NCBI GenBank assembly: GCA_951406725.2
Contig: OX597838.1
Coordinates: 44,330,001-44,394,000 of the forward strand
Length of the DNA stretch: 64,000 nt
Direction: 5' to 3'
Source: Octopus vulgaris
Lineage: Eukaryota
Position numbers and translations under genes: made by a program
The notes under the pieces: model-generated
Told to the model about the DNA's origin: nothing
What the model saw: only the letters and a program-made list of their open reading frames with translations
Database searches by the model: none
In this document: positions 56,370 to 64,000 of the stretch, one piece after another
Layout: each line of letters starts with the position of its first letter
Numbering within the stretch: the first letter of the stretch is position 1

Positions 56370-57102
56370 ATTTATATAGGTGGTGGGAGAGAGTGAATGA
56401 GCGAGAAAATGAAGAGAGGAAATTTTTTATTTCATCCTGACGCAGGCGTTGCACGAATTCCACAGAAAAGACGCTGATTACGATCTTGAAAGCATTGAAG
56501 TCAGCGATTCTGCCATAGAAATCCGCCGCTCCATTTGCTGCTCACCATTGTGTGCAGTTGCAGTTCAAGGGGTTACAGTGAACTACTAAATGCTTTTGGT
56601 AGGCAATACGTAAACAGAAGTCTTCATATACCTATGCATATACACAGGTACGCATACCTACATGCATACCTACATGCATGCATACATACATAAATGCATA
56701 TATACATACATGCCTGCATGCATGCATATATGCACGCGAGCTCACATGCATACAAACATGTATGCATGCACGCATACATACATGCGTTCACACATAGATT
56801 AATACTTACATACATATATGTCTACCTCCATGCATACATACCTCTATACACGCATACATACATGCATGCACATATATATACATGCTTGTATTGCGTACAT
56901 ATATGCATGCAAGCACTCATGCATACACACATGCATACAAACATGTATGCATGCACACATACATACATGCGTATTTATATACATGCATAAATACTTACAT
57001 AGATACATACATACATGCATGCATACATACATGTGTACGTATAAGCATACATACATACATACATACATACGTACATCCATCCATCCATCCATCCATACAT
57101 AC

Positions 57103-57133
<31 letters not shown>

Positions 57134-57184
57134 CATACATACATACATACATACATACATACATACGTACATACATATATACAT

Positions 57185-58330
57185 AGAACATGTACATCAG
57201 CGGCTTGTTTATCTTGCATATCTCTAATGATGTAAACTACGGGTACCTTAGAATCTTTGAGAAGGATGCACACGCTGGTGCTGTGACCAATGCTACAAAA
57301 GAGTACTTCTGTGGACTCAAGAAAATATGCAACTCAGAGTTGCCTACGTCTCACAATGCCATATCTCACAATGCTTTTGAAGTGCCTGTGCTAGTGGAAA
57401 CATTTGGGTTTGTAAAATGGACACTCGACGAGAAAGGTACAGCCTAGAAAGGTACTGGACATCACTGACGACTTCCTGATTAACAGCGGCGGATGGCATC
57501 TGTGTGAGGCGAACTGATGGCAGTAGAATCCTATGCTCAGTCTAAACAGCGTTTGAATGAACGGCACCGCTGCTGACGACTGAGAACTCGTTAGTCGTCG
57601 AACGCCCTTTCCCCTCGGCCGACCCCCTCGACAGCCGCGTGCCTAACACACGGACACACACACTCGTCGTGCTCGTTATCGCCACCATGGCTTTCGAATG
57701 AACAGTAAAGAAAGAAATGAGTACATTCCATATATATTCAAAAATGAGAGCAAAAACAGCTTCAAATCGGTGAAGAACTACTGTGCAGGTACTCTGAAAA
57801 TACAATTGTCTCATGCGACCCAAAGGAGGCTAGACTGACCTACCTAAACAGAAGCTTGGAAGAGAAACAGGCATCACACCAACAAAAAGTAATGGTTGGG
57901 TACATATCTCATAAGAGTAACTCCACCTTGACCTATAATCGATACTTTACATCCCACCTCGAAGGATATGCCTTCGCTATCAATTTACAGAGGATAACTT
58001 CTAAAGACTTAAGTAAAGAAGACGGACAAAGATATCATCAAAGCACCACGTTGTGATAAACGATGTCTGTTCTGCTATATCAGTGTGGGGAATATCACCC
58101 ACGTCATCAGTAGCGGCTCAAAATTGTCTACGAAAGCCTACCTGCCCTTGGGGCATGATATAATTGCAATGCTATGCACAAGAAGGACTGTCTGGACGTA
58201 TACATCAAAGGTCTATCGGGACCTGCAGGTACTGACAACTTTAAAAACAAAGAATACAAGTGGAACACACCAATAAAAACAGAAATTCGGTGCAAACATA
58301 GCAGTCCTGATATTGTTCTGTCTCAAAAAG
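57185..58330 (+). mobile_element. Old degenerate R4/Dong-like LINE fragment
   Basis: YGYLRIFE, SHNAFEVPVL..FGFVKWT, HLEGYAFAI, CDKRCLFC...ITHVISS, LGHDIIA, CKHSSPDIV. Confidence 0.7.
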
Positions 58331-58894
58331 CCAACGATGGTTTGGCTAGTTTCCCTTGCGAATTCTTTTTCTCACAGATTCCTCTCCATCTGGACGGCCA
58401 AGGTCCCTCAATAACGGGTTTCAGGAAACCATAGTTGAGGAAAATTCAATGGAAACTGCGCGAGAATTTATAAAGCAGTTCGATTTTAGTGGCCCTTCAA
58501 TCCTATGAAACCTTGCGTCTTTCATCGTCTAACTACTTCACAGTTTAACCAAAGTTCTGTCGTGTTCGTGTATCATTGATGAGTGGACTGCGTACGGAAA
58601 CTATTCTGCGACGGACCGGCGTCCCGTCGAGGGTGGGGGTGGAATTTATTCGCTATAGACATCAAGAAACTGACCTTTATTAATCAGCATGACTGGAGAA
58701 GGTAACTTTAACTTTCACTAATCTACGGAATTTTATCCTGGGAGAATCATCTCAAGTGAGGCAAAGTGGATCCTCTGTAATCGTACCCAAAGAAAATGCT
58801 CATGATTGGAAATGCTCCAAACGGGGAATACACTCCCAAAATATTGGCTTGAAATTTTGGCACAAGCTTGAAGGACGGATCGTGATGATTACAA

Positions 58895-59848
58895 CCAACA
58901 CCGAAAGGATGAAAGGCAAAGTCGATCACGGCGGAATTTGAACCTTGTACGTAAGGACGGACGAAATGCCGCTAAGCATTTTATCCGGCGTGCTAGCGAT
59001 TCTACCAGCTCGCCACCTTACACCCCCTAAATGTAATGTTATATGTTTCTTGAGATATGAAGGAAGTCACATATGAAACAGTAAGCCAAAACGAAACAAT
59101 TACGGCGGAGAAAACATTGTCATCAATGGGAAGCGTTGCCAAAATGATCAATCATAAAGATGTGTCTTACACTGTAATGCAAGCCACTCAGGAGAAGTTT
59201 AAGGCACCAAATATGGGCGTCTTGCCTTATTTTCTTCACTCTCTTGACCTTACTCTATCTGACAAGCATATTTTTCAGATGATTGTAGCATTATTTAGAG
59301 AGGAAATAATTTATTGATTTTGAAGATGTTAAAGTGGTATTAAATGCTTCTTTGCTTTGAAATCTGAAGAATTTTTGCCCGAGGATTAACAATTTACAAA
59401 ATAATTAGTGTTATGTTATCAATAATGATAATTTCAAATTTTTGCACTAGGCCAGCAAGTTTAGGGCAGGGGTAAGTCAATTATATCGATAGAAGTTGCT
59501 CAATTTGTACTCATTTTATTCACAACGAAATGTCTCGGTGGAATTTGAACTTCGAGCGTGAAATCACCAAAATTGCCGCAAAGCATTATGCCTGCTATAC
59601 TAACGGTTCTGCCAGCTCGCCGCCCTAATGAGTGCAAATATGGATTTCAAATGTTGTCAGAAGGCCAGTAACTTCGCGGGTGGAGTAAGTCGATTATATC
59701 GACCCCAGTCTCCAACTGGTAATTATTTTATCGTCTCCGAAACGATGAAAGGTAGAGTCAAACTCGGCGAAATTTAAACTCAGCACATAAAGACAAACTG
59801 CGAGGTATTTCGCCCCGCGTGCTAAGGGATTTGCTAGCTCGGTGCCTT
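58895..59848 (-). mobile_element. Three Nin/Deu-like SINE copies (58895-59018, 59440-59627, 59645-59848)
   Basis: Each has GGAATTTGAAC/AAATTTAAAC and a CCAGCTCGCC/CTAGCTCGG-type terminus on the plus strand. Confidence 0.7.
59060..59430 (+). pseudogene. Mariner-like transposase C-terminal remnant
   Basis: NETITAEK, VLPYFLHSLDLTLSDKHIF (degenerate YSPDLAPSDYHLF), FALKSEEF..RG. Similar to 35200-35600. Confidence 0.6.
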
Positions 59849-59940
59849 AAAGGAGAAGAAGTATTATCTTGATTAAATATGCTGAATAAGAACAAAGAAA
59901 GTTCTCTTTCATATCTGGAAATGGACAGAACTTTATTTCC

Positions 59941-60001
<61 letters not shown>

Positions 60002-62008
60002 AGAAGTACGCACACACACAGAAGTACGCACACACACAGAAGTACGTACACACACACACAAACATACACACGCACGCATGCACACGCGCACACACATGTT
60101 CTCACAGACGGACACGCCCACACACACACACACACACACAGATACATACATACATATGATTATATATATATAAAGATAAATTTACAGAGACTGATGGATA
60201 TCAGTGTCGTCAATACTTCTATTATGTGGAGAAAGTGACATAAAGAATGGAGCAATTTACCGTAGGCAATAGAATGCTTAAAATTCTGGACAGACTACTT
60301 TTCAGGATGAAGATGAGTGACTGGAAGCAAAAGGAAGTTATTAGAATTAGACCTACTTACACACCGCTGTGGAGCTCTTTTGAGTACGTTATGCATTTGC
60401 CTTAGCCATAATACTATCTTCAGCTATTTGATCCATAACTTATTCTCTTAAAAGTGAAACCAGCTCGAACCTGATTTGACCTAGGTGTAGTGGTCACTAC
60501 AGTGTGCTTCCTTCCTAACCCACATTTCCGAACACTCGAGCCGAAGCCACACCACCGGATGTAGATTCATGCATTACACAGAACAATATATATAATTTAA
60601 GAAATAATTAAATGAATGAGAAATACGGTTGGTATCGACAGTAGTGTTATAACAAGACAGATTTCATTTCCCAAGAAAATAAAACGTAGACAGCTGATGC
60701 GTAGTTAAATATTTACTGAGGAATATAATGAAAGCAACCATATTAAATGGAAAATTTCCTTCCATCTTTTAGTGCGCATCTGCGACCAAAATTTTGTTTA
60801 CATACTAAACAGTTTCTGGTTTTCAGCGACAACATCAGTCACCACATAAAGTAATATGAGAGTGGTTTATGGAAGAGATAATGTTTAAAACTGAATGTTA
60901 TTTCATATGTAAACAAGTAAGATGGAATCATAATTGAAATCCTGTTACACTTTAGAAGGATTTGAATTGTAATCCAAAAGTCCAACCTTCAACACTTCTC
61001 GCAGTTATGGCTTTACAGAATCAATAGATGCTTACCCAATGCATATACACACATGCATGCATGCATACATTTCGCTTCTCTTTCTCCTGTCAGAAGGAGA
61101 AAGAGAAAAGAAAGAAGAAAATGAATAAAAAAAGTAAATAGATAAATAATAAATAAAAATCACAAGTACAGTGTAATATACAAATCTATATACATACACA
61201 CGGGACAGAGGTACTAAAACATACACACACACACAGACGTCAACGCAAGAGCAGTTAGAGATACATAGCGCAAAGGACAGAATGGAATAAGCAGGACAAG
61301 AGGAGACACATGGGACAGAATTATTCTTGAGGTCACAGAATATGGGACGAAAATATCTTGACAGACGTATAAACTAAAAGTGATTCGAATGGAAACTAAA
61401 GTGGAAATGGAATAAATAAAGCATGGAGTTAATTGGCAGAAAATGATAATAAAGAAAGAAAAGAAAAGAAAAGAAAACCAACCATCTACAAGTGCAACGA
61501 TGTTTGTTTCAACACAAGTGTTCACATAACAAAACACCCTCTAAACTCTATAACATAGCCCTTAATTTGACGGGAAGGAGTAGGTGGGTACGTTGGTTTA
61601 AATAGTAGCATACTTGTCACGAAAAGAGGTGCGGATTCGAGTTCCGTGCGTACAAAAAATCCCATTTTCCATCTAGGGTTTTATGCCCCAAAATTTGATT
61701 ATTTTCTTTAGCCAATACACGGTGATCGCCTACAAGCTTATAAGATATTGTTTCTATTTTCAGAATATATATATACATATATATGTGTCAGAAGACAGGC
61801 GTATCAAGTTAATCATGATTGTACTGCATGAACAAGGACCATCCGCATGCATCCATCGCTATAGGACTTCATTGAATATAAAAATGATCAAGGAATGAAA
61901 TGATAGTGAGACATATGTACGTTATTCGGTTTAAATGACAAAATCTTCTACAGCATGTTTGCTACGTACAAATATATATATACACATATATATATATATA
62001 TATGTGTG

Positions 62009-62045
<37 letters not shown>

Positions 62046-62751
62046 ACACACACACACACACACAGAACACACATATATATATATACTTAGATGAATAGAC
62101 GGAAAGATGGATAAATATAGAGATAGAATGATAACGGACATTAGGAACTTGCTATGTATTTCTTCATGTGGGTATGAAAGTGTGTGCATCTATATTAATA
62201 ACTACTCCTATGTGCCTTCTTGTAAGTGGCATCTTTTCAGTAAAATATGGCGTCTGTTATTTTTCTCTGCCGGATAAAACAAACGCTGCCAGACACTTTT
62301 TTTTATTTATTTATTTTTATTTATTTATGTTTTGGAGAGACAGTGCATTATCGGCTACCAATCAAATAACATAGTTTCAAATCCAAAGGCAAAAGCGAAT
62401 AAAATATCTGATATCATCTTTAAATTATGCTAACATTACTCTTTCGAGATTCTGTAGATTTTTTTCAAGAATAGCGAGAGATACATGAGGAACATAACTC
62501 AATCTTATCTGTGACGTTACTAAAACGCCATTTTGAATTTCAAGATTAAAAGAACAGTGATACAAAACTCCAAAAAGATATCGCTCGATTCATGTATTTT
62601 AAACGCTTCAACTCACTTTTAAAATTACCGTGATGTTTGAACCCGTATTACTCTACCGTTCTTCGTCTTCGCAGTTTTAGGTCTCACATATGTATCCTTG
62701 GTTTAACACAAAGATTATTTATTTGGCAACATACTTTGACTTTATCTTCAC

Positions 62752-62752
<1 letters not shown>

Positions 62753-62789
<37 letters not shown>

Positions 62790-62816
62790 TACTACTACTA
62801 CTACTACTACTACTAT

Positions 62817-62893
<77 letters not shown>
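62753..62893. repeat. (TAT)n-(TAC)n microsatellite
   Basis: Direct inspection. Confidence 0.98.
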
Positions 62894-63217
62894 TCTTTTG
62901 AGGGTTACAAATGAAAGAGACATTTGTTCACCTCGTCTTTATAGATAATTTTTTTTCTGTTTTCTTTTGTCTTAAAAGAGAAACAAGTGAATTTTTTTTA
63001 TTGTTTTAGAAAACAAGTAATATAGTTTTAACAAAACTAAAAGTCTGTCAATAAATATTGGCTGAGCACCATTAAAGAAGTTTGACTGCCAAAATACATA
63101 CATAGGTCTGCACATATATAAAAATTATACGTATACATATACGTATGTATGTATTTATTTATGTATGTATATATATATATCATTTACACACACATATATG
63201 TATGCAATATATATCTT

Positions 63218-63280
<63 letters not shown>

Positions 63281-63519
63281 GTATGTTTATATATTATTAG
63301 GTTGTATACATAATTCCAACCCTGTGTACTCTATGGGTCTCTTTATATTTTTGCCCCGTATCAAGGCAGGGTTTTGTTTATCTCACAATCACAAATTGAT
63401 TTTAACGATCACCGTTTACTTTCTCCTATTTCACACTCCGCGCAGCCAATTATGCTCACAAGCACATCTGCACATATAGGAATGTAAGCATATAAATATC
63501 ATGAAATGATTTTATAATG

Positions 63520-63818
63520 TGCGAGGTGTAGCGATTAGAGTATTGGGCTCACGGTTGCAAGGTCGTGAGTTCGATTTCTCGCAGCGTGTTGTGTCCTTAA
63601 GCAAGACAATTTATTTCCCGTTGGTCCAGTCCGCTTGGCTGGCAAAATTGAGTTTTAGCTGTATTTTAGCTGAGTTTGTACCTCGCTGAAGCACCTTGAC
63701 AACTACGTTAAGGGTAAGCGTTGTTGGATTTCTCAGCCGCTTGTACGTTAATTTCACAAGCAGGCTCTTCAGTTGATCGAATTAGTTGGAACCCTCCTCG
63801 TCGAAACCGATGGAATGA
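63520..63818 (+). mobile_element. tRNA-headed SINE (Meta-domain-like)
   Basis: GAGTTCGATTTC..GTGTTGTGTCCTTAAGCAAGACAATTTATTTC. Body homologous to 1260-1535. Confidence 0.75.
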
Positions 63819-64000
63819 TGTGAGTGTGTGTGTGTGTATGTGTGTATGTTTGTGTTTGTGTGTGTATGTATGTATGTATGTATATATATATATATATACA
63901 TACATATAAACACATACATATATGTATATACATACATATATGTACATATATATATATATAAAAACATACATAAATATATATGCGTGTGTTTATGTGTGCA

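Overview
AT-rich, microsatellite-dense eukaryotic DNA in which I cannot support any host protein-coding gene. The SINE repertoire and the (TA)n/(CA)n/(AAT)n load suggest a cephalopod such as an octopus (inference only). The window is almost entirely transposable-element derived. It holds two Naiad-like Penelope-like elements (PLEs; RT plus C-terminal GIY-YIG): one is near full length with a single in-frame TGA, the other is a 3.4-kb fold-back. It also holds several PLE-like 3' ends, a nest of R4/Dong-like LINEs inside (AAT)n arrays, CR1-like and RTE-like LINE remnants, non-autonomous Helitrons, mariner remnants, many tRNA-headed SINEs and a 5S rRNA fragment. The most notable signal is non-coding. 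Reading both strands gives eight well-formed type I hammerhead ribozyme (HHR) motifs at seven sites, representing six unrelated sequence families, plus four degenerate ones. Several have variant cores (CCGAAGA; U3-A8 TTGACAA), and a 112-bp perfect palindrome encodes an HHR on each strand. PLE insertions here are also repeatedly associated with fold-backs and with copies of neighbouring DNA. All folds and alignments were done by eye.
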